Source: Bilabrum cf. latius (Eukaryota). From it: a stretch of 64,000 nucleotides of DNA. The translations under genes and the position numbers were made by a program. Below, piece after piece: positions 36,214 through 49,500 of this stretch; within the stretch, counting starts at the first letter, position 1, and each line of letters begins with the position of its first letter. Where the stretch lies: contig OZ237772.1 of the NCBI GenBank assembly GCA_965178125.1, forward strand, positions 186,001 to 250,000, in the 5' to 3' direction. A model generated the notes under the pieces. That model worked only from the letters and a program-made list of their open reading frames with translations. It was not told the DNA's origin and did not search any database.

Positions 36214-39207
36214 TCACGTCCCGATATCCCTCCCTCCGAATGCCACACGCCGCCCCCTGCCTCTCCTCGCCCTCGCTTGATCCTCCAGTGCCTCAAGAAC
36301 ACCTGCTGCCACATCAGGATGCAGGTACGCGTCATCCATCCCCATTCCACCAGCGTAAACGTACCCGTGCGACGCGAGCACGCCCCGGATCTGCGACCTC
36401 CTCGGCTCCTCCACATTTGTTTCGATGGCCATGGCCCCGAACGAATACCTGTCGAATGGGAAGTTCTCCAGCACCTCCAGCTCTCCACCCTCGATGTCCA
36501 GAGTCAGGAAATCGATCCTGGAAGGGGCACCCATCTCGTCCAAAATCGAAGACAGCCGGCGAATCGGAGCGCGTCCGCGGCCTTGCCATCCCGACTGGTC
36601 CAGACCGCTCGTGTCAACCTGTGACGTCACTGCCATCATGCCCGTGGGATCATCCCCAGAGGCGCTCATCTCCAGAAACCCACCATCCTTCGCCCCAAGC
36701 GCCGCATACACGCAGGTGGACCTCGGCCTCCTCACGCGCATCGCCTCCAGCTCCTCACCGCGAGCCTCCACCAGCAGCCCCCTCCACCCAAACCCTCTCT
36801 CCAGCGCCCACGTCGTGCTGAGCATGCGGCCGTCCACTGCCCCCGCCTCGATGAAGAAACCGCCCCTCTTGCCCTGCATCGCGATCTGCACCACCCACAG
36901 GTCCTGCTGCATCACTTGCTGCGACAGGAACGGCATAAGTCTCGGATGGAACCCCCGGAGGCACCCCGGGTCCTTGCCGGGTGCACAGCTGTCCATCCAG
37001 AAACACAGCGACCTGGCCATGGACATAGGAGTCACGGCAAGCGACTGCAGATCGCTCGAGCTGACGCTGGTCTTCAGTCTCTCGAAGGCAGCTTGCCCAT
37101 CTTCGAGACATGCGTTCACAATCTGCCGAGGATCCAGCACGGCCCCGGTCTGCAGCTGGGACAAGTGCGTGTTCCTTCCATTGGTCCCGTCAAGCCACTC
37201 CGGGCCTCGCCACTGGCCCATGTACGTCTGGCAATGTGGTGACAACCCCTTCCATCCCTTTGGTCCAAATGATCGGGCGGCCCTCTCTAGCTAGGCCGCG
37301 AGATTCGGTTCATCCTGGTCGGTATCCGGACTGACCACCCGCTGGCCATTGCTGGTGGTGAGTCCAGCTCGGAGCAGCCGGATGGTATCAGAGTCAGGCC
37401 CATCCCACAGGATCTGGGCCGACTAGGCGCACCTCTCCTGCACTGTGATCTCATCCATCGTGAGTGAGGCGGGCACGTGAATCTGCAGCTCTGGCTTTAA
37501 GCCGTACCGAATGGGAAGCGAAGGATAGGGCACGACACGTGTCACAACCGTGCTGCTGTCGAATAAAGGACCGTCAATACCATTGATGCAAGCGCCTGCT
37601 GACACAGCGTTGCACTGATGAATGGACGAGAATGGGCTCGACAACTGCGGCCTGCGATGCTCGTGGTGAATGCTAGTTTGCAGTTGCTGTTGGCCGATTT
37701 CTTGTTCCCTGGACAGTGCTTCGTCGTCCATGCCGTCACCAAACGTGCGCTTATTTGCAGCTGCTGTGGGCTTCACCACTCGAAGGGCGGGTATCCCGGT
37801 GGACGGGTCGGACGCTCTGCCGTCGGCATAGTGCGCCTGAGTGCCAGGCCGCTTGCCCAGCACCACGTCATCGGGGTGCACCACCCTGCCCAGGCACATG
37901 GATGCAACTGCCCTGGCGGCGTGCTGCATGGGCCGCGCAACGCTCCACCACTTCGGGTCGTGCTCGGCGTCGTGCATTGCATCCACGTGCGGGTTGCCCT
38001 CCTTCCCTCTCCCTGCCTGTGCCAGTGAGCTCCACCTCTAGCGCGCACTGCCAGCGGGAAGCACCCGCACTGCGTGGGCGACCGGCCTTGACCCCTCCTC
38101 TCCTGGAATGGAGACGGGTGCGAGTCCCACCTGGATCCTGACGCACGCGGCCGGGTCCAGTCGGCGCGCACTTGCATGCAGTGCAGCTTCCGCGTTGCGA
38201 ATTTTCACTCTACCCGGCTGCCCTGCCAGCACTGTCTGCAGCTCGCAGAGCTCGGCCAATCGCTGAGTGACCTGCTCGGCAGACAAATGGGTGGCTCCCT
38301 ACACGCCGACTGCTGCCGCCAGGTACCGAATGGCAGCTTCTAGCGGCAGCCACTCCCAGGCGAATGCCCCAGTCGGTGAGGCCTCCTCGCGGCTGCCCTT
38401 GCGGAACTCCAACACGCCCTTCCTGAGCTTGAGTACCTCAAAAATGTCGTTCGCCTACTGTGGCGCGGCATATGTTCGGTTCTGGTGCGCGGTTGCAACC
38501 GAACGAGGAGCGGGCAGGTGCGCCATGGAAACCGACTGCCCGCTCTTTTGCCACGTAGAGGATTGCCCTTCGGCAGTATGTGGCAACCCATGAGATTCTA
38601 TGTTATTCCAAATGGTATACCACTCATGCTGCGTGTTTATGTGGCTGGTGACCTGCTCCAGGCCAAGGGCGGCCGATTTGAGCCAGGGGCACTCCCTCGG
38701 TAGCGGAATCGTTGCTCTATCGTGTATCAGCCCTGCTGCATGCTCGTAGGGATTCTAATCTACGATTATTGGACGGGGAATGTCCTTCATAGTGCCAAGA
38801 TGTTGGCAAATTGTGCGCAGCAGTTGAGGAGATGCGAGACGCGCAACTGCCACGACAGATCGGTTCGTTTGGCGCAAATCCCACATGCGAACTGGTTCCA
38901 CCTTGCTTCCATACGGCACAAACACCCCCCAATGATTCAAAATATACTGGGCAACGTTCCCCATCTGGTGGCTTGAATCTGTCCCAAACTGCCGAACGAG
39001 CTACCAAATCACCTACGGAGACGATACGCCTTCCGCGTCATCATGATCAGGGCAACGGAATGATACTAACGATGGCGATGCATAATTCTACCCAGTATCC
39101 GAGTGGTAGCGCCAAAACGAGCTGCCAGCATGATGCCGCTCTGCTAGTAATTTGGAATTCACACTACATGCCAAGATCAGCGCAAGCACGCCTAAAACAC
39201 CTGTCAT
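36214..39207 (-). CDS. FkbM-type methyltransferase paralog 2 (997 aa with TAG=Gln), inverted copy of 24294-27290
   Basis: Signal-like MTGVLGVLALILACSVNS; collinear with paralog 1 over its full length (FRCP, FGTDSS, PRECPWLKSAA, VSMAHLP); near-identical methyltransferase domain. Confidence 0.85.
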
Positions 39208-39475
39208 ATGCTGGCCTGTTTCAACAATTTTGATCGAAAGTCTCAGAGGACCCTGTCATCATGATGTGGACACGCTGCCACTGGGCGAACGTCTGGTGAA
39301 CGGGTCAAGCACTGTGTTCTTATTTCGCCACAGTGCGCTGCATTTTACCTAGAGCCACGTTCGGAGGAGGGCGGGGCTGCCGGGGGTGATGGAGACTAGG
39401 GAATGAAAGCTGCTCGAGGTGGTGCCGCTGGGGTTGCCTCCAAGCCTTTTTACAGTGCAGCAGGAGTGTGAGGCT

Positions 39476-41351
39476 ATGGTCGCCCAGGGCTCACTGCCCA
39501 GTGAGCCTGCGGCAAGGGACGAGTTCTTCGCCTAGGAGGAGGAGGCGGTCAAGAGGGTAATCAAGCGTCTGGGGGAAGTGGTCGAGAAGCGCGAGGCAAG
39601 CAAGAAGAGCAAGATCAGGAGCGGTGGCGCGGTATCGCATGGTGCTGCAATGGGGGGGCGCTGGTGTGGCGGGGGGCGCTGGTGTGGCGGGGGGCGCTGG
39701 TGTGGCGGGGGGCGCTGGTGTGGCGGGGGGCGCTGGTGTGGCGGGGGGCGCTGGTGTGGTGGGGGGCGCCGGTGTGGTGGGGGGCGCTGGTGTGGCGGGG
39801 GGCGCTCGTGTGGCGGGGGGCGCTGGTGTGGCGGGGGGCGCTGGTGTGGCGGGGGGCGCTGGTGTGGCGGGGGGCGCTGGTGTGGCGGGGGGCGCTGGTG
39901 TGGCGGGGGGCGCTGGTGTGGCGGGGGGCGCCGGTGTGGCGGGGGGCGCTGGTGTGGCGAGGGGCGCTGGTGTGGCGGGGGGCGCTCGTGTGGCGGGGGG
40001 CGCTGGTGTGGCGGGGGGCACCGGCATGGCGGCGGGTGCTGGTGTGGCGGGGGGCGCTGGTGTGGCGGGGGGCGCTGGTGTGGCGGGGGGCGCTGGTGTG
40101 GCGGGGGGCGCTGGTGTGGCGGGGGGCACTGGCATGGCGGGGGGCGCTGGTGTGGCGGGGGGCGCTGGTGTGGTGGGGGGTGCTGGTGTGGTGGGGGGCG
40201 CTGGTGTGGCGGGGGGCGCTGGTGTGGCGGGGGGCGCTGGTGTGGTGGGGGGCGCTGGTGTGGTGGGGGGCGCTGGTGTGGTGGGGGGCGCTGGTGTGGC
40301 GGGGGGCGCTGGTGTGGCGGGGGGCGCTGGTGTGGCGGGTGCTGGTGTGGCGGGTGCTGGTGTGGCGGGGGGCGCTGGTGTGGCGGGGGGCGCTGGTGTG
40401 GCGGGTGCTGGTGTGGCGGGGGGCACTGGCATGGCGGGGGGCGCTGGTGTGGCGGGGGGCGCTGGTGTGGCGGGGGGCGCTGGTGTGGCGGGGGGCGCTG
40501 GTGTGGCGGGTGCTGGTGTGGCGGGGGGCGCTGGTGTGGCGGGGGGCGCTGGTGTGGCGGGGGGCGCTGGTGTGGCGGGGGGCGCTGGTGTGGTGGGGGG
40601 CGCTGGTGTGGCGGGGGGCGCCGGTGTGGTGGGGGGCGCCGGTGTGGCGGGTGCTGGTGTGGCGGGCGCTGGTGTGGCGGGGGGCGCTGGTGTGGCGGGG
40701 GGCGCTGGTGTGGCGGGGGGCGCTGGTGTGGCGGGGGGCGCTGGTGTGGTGGGGGGCGCTGGTGTGGTGGGGGGCGCTGGTGTGGCGGGGGGCGCCGGTG
40801 TGGCGGGGGGCGCTGGTGTGGCGGGGGGCGCTGGTGTGGCGGGGGGCGCCGGTGTGGTGGGGGGCGCCGGTGTGGTGGGGGGCGCCGGTGTGGTGGGGGG
40901 CGCTGGTGTGGCGGGGGGCGCCGGTGTGGCGGGGGCCGTGGTCGCAGCGGCTGTAGACCCCGCCCCCACCAACACGCAGCTGATGAGGCAGCGGTACGGA
41001 GCATTAGGGCTCGAATACATACAGCGCGATACCATAGTACAGCTTTGGGGGCAACTTGCGCAAGCTGCAGAGGCTATTCGCGGCTTGCAAGAGAGGGAGC
41101 GGAGAGCCGTGGAAGCCTACAAGAGACTGGGACAAGAAGCATGCGACCTGGAACTCGCAAAATAGGAATTAGCAAAAACGCCAGGCAGTCCTAGAAAGAC
41201 AAGAAGAGTAGGGGACTTGAGTGCGTCTGCGGGGGCTGCACAGCGCGAATTCGTGGCGCAAATGGCAGAGTCCACAGGTGCAGTTGCCGCAGCTTCTGGG
41301 GCCGGCGACGGTGGTCCAAAGTTGATTCGCGAAATCCTGGCCATGACATGA
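39476..41351 (+). CDS. Hypothetical protein with a long (AGVAGG)n tract and a coiled-coil-like C-terminus; needs a 1-nt correction in the G7 run at 39652-39658
   Basis: MVAQGS...EFFA*EEEAVKRV...HGAAMGG joins the AGVAGG frame if one G is removed. After the repeat the frame continues through TAG 41163 to TGA 41349. No recognisable domain. Confidence 0.45.
39652..40935. repeat. 18-bp minisatellite GGGGGCGCTGGTGTGGCG (about 70 units, with some 15-bp variants)
   Basis: Directly visible; the length variants differ by 3 nt, so reading frames stay open. Confidence 0.97.
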
Positions 41352-41798
41352 AATCGAGCAATACTAGCCGAAAGTTCTCGGTATCGAAGTCGTAGGTACA
41401 CTCAAATGAAAATAACAGTAATAAGCCTTCTTTTGGAGAAGAAAAGTAGATCAATGCAGCATGGCATAGGAACTTATGGCTGATGGCAGAATTACTGTCC
41501 CCTATCTCGCGCCAGAATCGGCCCGAAAACGCGCTAAGTCCAGCATCCCATATCTCAGCATCAAATGACCGTATGAGCAAACTGAAACCAGAAAACGCGA
41601 GCGTTTGTGGTCAAGAATCCACTGAGATAGGGAGTAGTTCGCTGCGGGGATCCCAGGGGTTGCTTGAAGGTTCGTTGTGAAGTCGGGGGGGGGCGTCATC
41701 AGAAATCCGGAAGTGGCTCTATCGTTTTCTGTTGTGATTATCATGCAAAATATAGCCTTTTTGAGTGTTAAGGCAAAAACTTTATCTCTGTAATACCT

Positions 41799-44700
41799 AT
41801 GTCAATTCAAGATACTGCCAGATCTGGCAACGTTGAGGAGTTTGAACAATGTATAGCGCAAGGAGGGTCCACTGCGTTTGCCCTTGACGTGAGCACCTCG
41901 TTATTCTGGGTGGCAGAACAGTATCTGAATGTGCATGGACTAATGATATATGTATTTTGAAAGGATCGCAGCGCTTCGGGATGTCTGCCTTGCATGTAGT
42001 GGTGGAGTGTGGGCATCAACACTTGTTCGAGATTATTTCCAATCGATTCCCAACACAAGATTGCGTGAACTGTGAAACAAAAGTAAGAAAACCAAACTGG
42101 TATCTAAAACTTGCGTGCGTCCTCTTTAACGCTGGCAAAGTCATTCATCAAGTCCCCCTGCTTCTTTTAGCAGTTCGGTGATAGTCCGCTTGAGCTAGCC
42201 CTGGCTAACGAGCATGAGGACCTTGCCTTGTGTTTGATTAAGAGAGGGGCTGAACTCATCAGGGTGTCTGCTGTGAGTGTAATGATTATGTATTGGTAGA
42301 TTTTTCGCGGGCGAGGTAGTGGGGTAACTCAACGATAGGCCTATGGCTAGCACACGAGAAGCAAAGTTTATCTCCCTAGCAATGTTAACGTAGGATGATG
42401 TCATGACTCCGTTGTGTCACGCTGTTGAAGCAAACTGCATCAGAGCTTGCCTCGCGCTGCTGCGGGCAGGCGCTCCGGCAGACGGGCCGTGCTGTGCAAC
42501 CACGGGCGCGCTTCGAGAGAATTTCAGACCATCATGCAGTTTCGACAAGTGGCAGCTAGAAGAAGACATCCGTACGCCCCTGCACCGGGCCTGCGAGCTG
42601 GGTCTTGAAGAGGTCGCCGACCTGCTGATGGACTGGAGCGCGTGCCCCTACCTGCACCCCTGCCACGTGAGTCGACAAGTATCGGATTGTAAATCGAATC
42701 CATCGCATTGGATACCTTGTACACATGTATGCGTGCCCATGGACTAATACTGGGAGTTTTGTGTAGTTTGGGATGTATGCGGCTCCGAAATCATACTGAT
42801 TAGAACATTTTTCGTTGTAACTTGCATGCTGCAGAAAGGCGAAGTCTCCCAGAAGCTGTTCGACTGGGTGTCCCCAATGGCGGAAGCTGCTTCCAACGGG
42901 CATCCTAGCGTGGTGCAGTGCCTTGCGATGCGCGGTGTAGACCCAGACGCCACAGTTACGGATCCCCGAGTGAGTGCAGTCGCAATGCGCGAAGGTCTGG
43001 CAGCCATCATGAGCGAGGAGAAGCTAAGTGACTCTGACTCAGAGAACAGCGGTACCAATGACTGCGAGGAGGAGGAGGAGGAGGAGGAGGAGGAGGAGGA
43101 GGAGGAGGAGGAGGAGGAGGAGGAGGAGGAGGAGGAGGAGGAGGAGGAGGAGGAGGAGGAGGAGGAGGAGGAGGAATTCGCGAAAGCTCGCATCGCCCAC
43201 CCCGCCTCGCCTCTCGAGCTGGCAGTGGAGGCCGGCTGCATGGAAAGCGCCGAGATTCTGGCTAGGCACGGCGCGTGTGTCACGAGACGGATCATCCGAA
43301 TCGCGGAACAGGAGCATGATCCATTGCTGATCGAGGCGAGCCATGCATTGTGGGCCAAATACGGCTGTGACAAGGCCCGATGCGATGATATGCGTGCTGC
43401 TGGAGCGACAGTCCAGTTAGACAGGCGATTCACCGGACAACAAAACGTGAGAACCTGAACGCCCTAGTGTCCGAGTGCCCCAGCTGGCCTCGTTGAGATA
43501 TATGTCTGCCACCCTCCATGGTATCTGCCCATGCCTAACTAGCGCAGGACCCACCACCTCCGCCCATCGAGCTGCAAGTTTCTTAGATGAACGGGTGTAA
43601 TGTCGCCGTGCTCTAGGAATAGCTGTGCAGGGGTCCTTGCCCGGAGGTTGTCTGCACAACAGCATCTGGTCGAAGCGCTTGGACTCCTCTTACATTAATG
43701 CACTTACCCCCTGGCTGTCCAACGTGGCCTAGTATACTGTGGTGCATAGAATACGTCAACACCGAATGCATCGAGCAGCTCTTGAGGCACGGGGCTGACC
43801 CCATGCAGGAAGGCAAAGCAAACGCCATTGATATGGCTGGTCACAGAGTTGAAGATGCCATTCGTGCACGCATAGAGAAGGGATCTGAATGTACTAGGCC
43901 GGTCCATTTGGCCGCGTTCGAGGGCAGACATGACGTTATTGAGCTACTCGTTAAGAAGTACGATTCGCCTGTTGACTTCGAGGAAGATACGGTGAGCAGA
44001 TAGATACCTGCAATTTGCCCAACAAAATCATGTGTTGTTGAGTGAGTATGCTACAATTCGATGAGTCCTTGGCTGCGTCCTGTTCCAATCGCAGGACGCC
44101 ACCTCCCCGCTCGAGCTGGCGCTTCAGTCGCACCACCTTGCGTGTGCGATTACGCTGCTTGGGGCTGGAGCCAAGATCAGGGATTGTACGCCCGCGGCAG
44201 TCGTCGCCTTTCTCCAGGCGATTTCGACCAAGAAGACTGACCGGGCCGCAAATATGGTGCCTTTGACACGGGGAGAGCTGCATGATTTCTTGCTGTAGCA
44301 GTCAAGAGACGCTGTCGCAGAGTTCGCCGACGTTACAGCTCAACTCGCTGCATTTGATGACCTGGATGATCCGAAGAACGGCATGAACAAAGAGATCGTT
44401 TGCGATCGGTTAAGGCTAGTATGTTTGAAGGGGCCTCATGAGGATGAGTTTGGCCATGATGCGGCCGCAGGTAAGTACAAGACAACCAAACTGCACCCAG
44501 CGAGCCTGCAAACTTAGATTGAAGCCACGGTTCCGCACCAGCTGAGGTGGTCCAGGCTCAGGGCAGTGACCCGTTTCAGGCATGCGCATGATGCGAAAAG
44601 GGACGCAGCCCTGGTGTTTAAGGCGGCGAGCGAGGGCAGGCCGCTGGAGCTAGCCAAGAGGCTGCGGCTGGGCAAGCTAGCCGGAGGCATCGCCCGGGTC

Positions 44701-45930
44701 GGACGCTCCCTTGTTCCTGCCCTGCAGGCGGCATTCCAGCGGTCTCAGCTCAGGCTCTGCCATGTAATTAAACCTCTGGCAGTTTGGTGCGGGGCGAAAT
44801 CTGTGCAGCCAGTCTAGTAGATTGGAGATGAAATCGATGTGGTTGGTTGCACCCCGCTGCTAGCATCCATCTTTGGCGAACACCCCGAGTGCACTGAAAC
44901 TCTGCTCAGATATATCATGGGCGGCTTGCCTGATGCCAAGACGGAAGATAGCGCGACACCTGAACGGCTTTGCGAGTTGATGCAGAACTTTGTGGCGGCT
45001 ACTAGCGCTGCAGAGGGTCTGCAGTCGGCGCAGGCCGACGCTGTTTTGGCTGCAGGAAACGGCCAGGAACTGATTCGGTCGGGAGTATAGATTGTACCAG
45101 AGGCCGAAATGTTCGATCAATGGCAAGCGCAGCTCCGATGGCTCTGCGGTCACCAGGAGAAGATCGTTTTCTCGGCTCCAGTATTCGGCAGGGCTGCCCG
45201 GGACCTTGAATGTAAACTTGAGACCCCACACGCCCGTAGTCTGGAGCTGTCTTTGATTGAGGTTTACGGAGTAATGGCATCGGCTGGGCTAGCTAACGAT
45301 CCATTGCGAAAGGTGCTGTTGCCATTGCTGACACCAGCGCTTCGGCTCACTGCCACAAGCCTGGCGGTATCAAACATGCCGCACCTTCAGGTGGCCGCTC
45401 GATCCGCGCTTTGTTTTCAGAAGGATGTTGCCAGTTTCTTACGTTATGCTGCCGCCATACACGCCTTTGGTGGTGGCGATAAGGCGGTAGGACAGGCAGA
45501 AATGAGGTCCAAAGCTCTGGAGGACGCACTGACCGAGATCGAAAAAGCCATGGCGGAGCCTGCACCCGACGCAGATTCAAGTTGGCTCACGCAGACTGCC
45601 GAATACGACCTGCTGTTAGGTCCCAAGCACGCATGCATCCGAAGTCCAGGCACCGCCCAATCCGATTCAGATGAGCAGGGTGGTTAGGGTTCAGCGAACT
45701 GCGCAATGGTGGAAGGCAGCCCTGGTTCCACTCATGGGGGCGCACGCGCGTGCTGCATTCCGGCTGTTTCGCGGGGCCTGCAGCAGTTGGTCAAGGAAGT
45801 TCACCCCCTTGGCCGTTTTGCACCGACGCGGTAGGCTGTACTGGAAATTTTGGGGCGCACGCAGGAACTGCATGCTCCTACGGACGATGGGATAGGCCCG
45901 AATCCCGAACCAGGTGAGGCACACGCGTGA
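41799..45930 (+). CDS. Multi-exon ankyrin-repeat protein, paralog A
   Basis: Exons encode GMSALHVVVECGH, GDSPLELALANEH, TPLCHAVEAN, TPLHRACELG, SPMAEAASNGH and PVHLAAFEGRH, with GT-AG introns. The last exon is open with TAG=Gln to TGA 45928. Confidence 0.82.
43066..43173 (+). repeat. (GAG)36 perfect trinucleotide repeat encoding poly-Glu
   Basis: 108-bp uninterrupted GAG run inside an exon of ankyrin paralog A. Confidence 0.97.
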
Positions 45931-46505
45931 TTCGACGTCAAGGGGGCGGGGAGACCACGCTTGCCGAAGTCCTCATGTTTGTGTACTCGTGTTTCTTGTA
46001 GCACTGCAACGCGCCAAGCTGCAATGCACTGCAACGCGCCGAGCTGCATTGCAGTGTGGTACTGCATAGCGAAGCGGGCAGACCTCACGGGCAGGTAGAC
46101 CTCTACGCCGGGCAAAGGGGGTATGTGTTGAGAGCGGATGCGAGGTACACGGTTGGCATGCAGTTGACGACTCACGTCGGCACATTGAGGAATGCGAGCG
46201 TACTGTGAGAGTTGTGGAGCTTCGAGCTGGCGAGCATTGTTGGTGCAGGTTGGTTTCGTGCTTGTGGCGCCACTGATTGTGCCAGACTTGGCGAAATCGA
46301 CAGGTTGCCCTGCAATAATGTGGCCTGTGGTAGCTGCGTCGTTCAACTCTGTCGCGGGCGGGTCTGGGGCCCGCATGCTGTGGGAGTGTCGGTCAAGGTC
46401 TCCGGCTCCGAATTGTACGAGAACAGCATTAATGTGTATTAGCAAGCTCACAATTCAAGGAAAGGCAAGCCATTTCGACTCAGTAGTTGAAACATTTAAG
46501 TTCCA

Positions 46506-49500
46506 ATGGCACTTTTGACAGCAGCAGCTGCTGGAGACTTCCGCTTGTTCAAGCAGGATCATGATCTGGCTGAGGCTGATGTCTTCGGATTTGATGTAAG
46601 CCTAATCTTATTGGATTGTATTGCGGATTGAATCGCTTAGGATTTCAAAGTGGCTATTTATCATTATGAGTGCATGTCGCAGCCAAATGGCATGTCTGCT
46701 GTGCACCTAGCTGCTGAGAATGGGCACAAGGGTATCGTTCAAACTATTATGGAACGCTTTCCCGAGAAAGATTGCATTAACCTAGAGTCGAAAGTGAGGA
46801 CATTGTACCATTTGTACGCTTAGCTATGCAAGTACCCTGCTCACCGGTTCCAGTCCTAGCTGTGCAACTCAATGCTGCAGAATTCGGATACGCCACTCGA
46901 GCTCGCACTATCGAACGAGCACGACGACCTCGCAAGCTTTCTCATTGAAAATGGAGCCGCAGTAAATTGGCTGAGTAGTGTGAGATGGTTTAACGCAATG
47001 GCTCTGAAAAATTCGGCTGTGACTCTGCCACGCGCTACTTCTCGGTCTATTTGGTTAGATGTAGCTCGATGCACGTTTTGGGAAATGTAAACTATCCTCC
47101 CTTGCAGGAAGAGCATATGACGCCGCTTTGTAGGGCAGTGGATACCGGAAACCGCATCATGTGCTCGAAGCTGCTGCAAGCAGGAGCACTCGTTGACGGA
47201 GCTTGCTCACTCCACGGCGGCTTGCACAAGCACTTCGAAGGAGCCGCGTTCAGGTATTGCACAGGAGCACATGAGCTCCGCACCCCCCTGCACCGGGCCT
47301 GCGAGCTGGGCCATGAAGAGGTCGCCGACCTGCTGATGGACTGGAGCGCGTGCCCCTACCTGCACCCCTGCCACGTGAGCTGGATCGGCTACGTTACTCG
47401 CTGCAGAGCCATGCTTAAGAATGTGTGCGGAACGATCAGCTCATTTGCCAATATACATCTGTTTAGCTTACGATTGTAATGCAATTGCGCAGGCAAAGGA
47501 GAACAAGTGGTTCGACTGGGTGTCCCCAATGGCGGAAGCTGCTTCCAGCGGGCATCCTAGCGTGGTGCAGTGCCTTGCAGTGCGCGGTGTAGACCCAGAC
47601 GCATCGATCACGAGGCCGAACCTCCGAGGTAAAGGCCTCGAATCCGCGCTTGCCAAGCTAGCCGATGAAGAGGGCGAGCCCGAGCTCGAGCATGGTGGTG
47701 GGCAGGAGGGTGGGGGTACCACCCACCCCGCCTCGCCTCTCGAGCTGGCAGTGGAGGCCGGCTGCATGGAAAGCGCCGAGATTCTGGCCAGGCACGGCGC
47801 GTGTGTCACGAGACGGATCATCCGAATCGCGGAATAGGAGCATGATCCATTGCTGATCGAGGCGAGCCATGCATTGTGGGCCAAATACGGCTGTGATGCG
47901 GCGATCCGCGAGGACGATGCTGCAGCATCTTCCAATCCCGAGCCGCAAGAAGTAAGAGACTAGCTCAACACAAACCAGCTGCCGGTGTATGACTATCTAT
48001 GACTTCATCGCGATCGGTGGCACTCGATTGGCTACCAATACCTGGCAAAATCCCTGCTTCCAATTTATCTTGCTTTGAAACGGTGAATGGGTGGATGCCA
48101 CATATGCCACCCGCGGGCCTATCACTCCAATCTACTTCCTCGCAGGCTTCAGACGTCAATGCCCACCCAATGCATCTTGACGTTTCGTAGATCCTGGGCT
48201 GCCACGCTGCGGTGCTTCAGGGGCAGCTGGCGAGAGGCCCGTGTCCGGAGTATGCTAGGACAACTGCGCCCGCAGGTGCTCCATCCCACGACTCCCCGAA
48301 TGCATTCGTGCACCGCCACAAGGAGGAAACGACCCCCACCATGCAGTGGGCCATGGACCATCTGAACACCGAATGCATCGAGCAGCTCTTGAGGCACGGC
48401 GCAGATCCTATGCAAGGCGGTGACGCCGGTCTGATGGTCGCCGTTAAGGACTCAAGGGAGCTGGTGAACGCACGTAAGAGCAAGGGTGTGCCTCACATTC
48501 GGCCCATGCACATGGCAGCCCTCGTGGGTAGACCGGACGTGATCGAAGTTTTGATCAAGTACGGCGCACCAGTCGACTACGAAGACGATGTGGTGAGCAC
48601 GCGGCATCGCTGGACTTTGGGCGCACCTCACCTTTTGCTAGACATACATTACCGTAAACCCCGACGATACAAACGAATAGTCATTGCTTGAATTGCAGGA
48701 CGCCACCTCTCCGCTCGAGCTGGCGCTTCAGTCGCATCAGCTCGCATGCGCGATTACGCTGCTTGGGGCTGGAGCCAAGATCAGGGATTGTACGCCCGCG
48801 GCAGTCCTCGCCTTTCTCCAGGCGATATCGACCGAAGAAACAGACAGAACTGTGAGCGAAGTGCCCGCACAGCAGGCAGCACTACGGTTGCTTCTCCTTC
48901 GCAAGTCAAGGAGCTATCTGAAAGAGTATGCCGGGTACGAAGCCACGGTCGACCATTACAAGGATGGCATGGGGCCTCTGGAGCAGCTCATGAAGAGGCG
49001 TATCGCAGCTGGACGGTGGAATCACAGTGCATTTCCGACAGATAAGTTCGAGGAGCCAATTTTGCGGTGCAGGTACAGGTCAAAGAAGCTGCACCCGATT
49101 CTGCTGCAGCACCAGCTGGAATGGCTTCGCGGCAACGGCCCAGCTCGACTGCGCTCTCTTCTGCTGTTCCGACGAGCAATAGATGCTAAAAGGGACGCCG
49201 CTATGATCTACAAGGCGGCGAGCGAGGGCAGGCCGCTGGAGCTAGCCAAGAGGCTGAGGCTGGGCAAGCTAGCTGGTGGGTTGTCAACCTGCGGATGCAT
49301 GCCAATGGCCACAAGCGATGCAGCATTCGCAACGGTCGCTACCCTGGCCGGCACGCAAACCGCCGAGCTCGCACGAAGGGCTGGATTACGCAGGGGTGCG
49401 GGCGGGAGCGTGCACGTTCTCTGTACGCCGCTTGTGGCATCGCTGCTGGGCATGCATCAGGAGTGCACGGCTGTGCTCATGGAGGCTCTTGAACTGGGCC

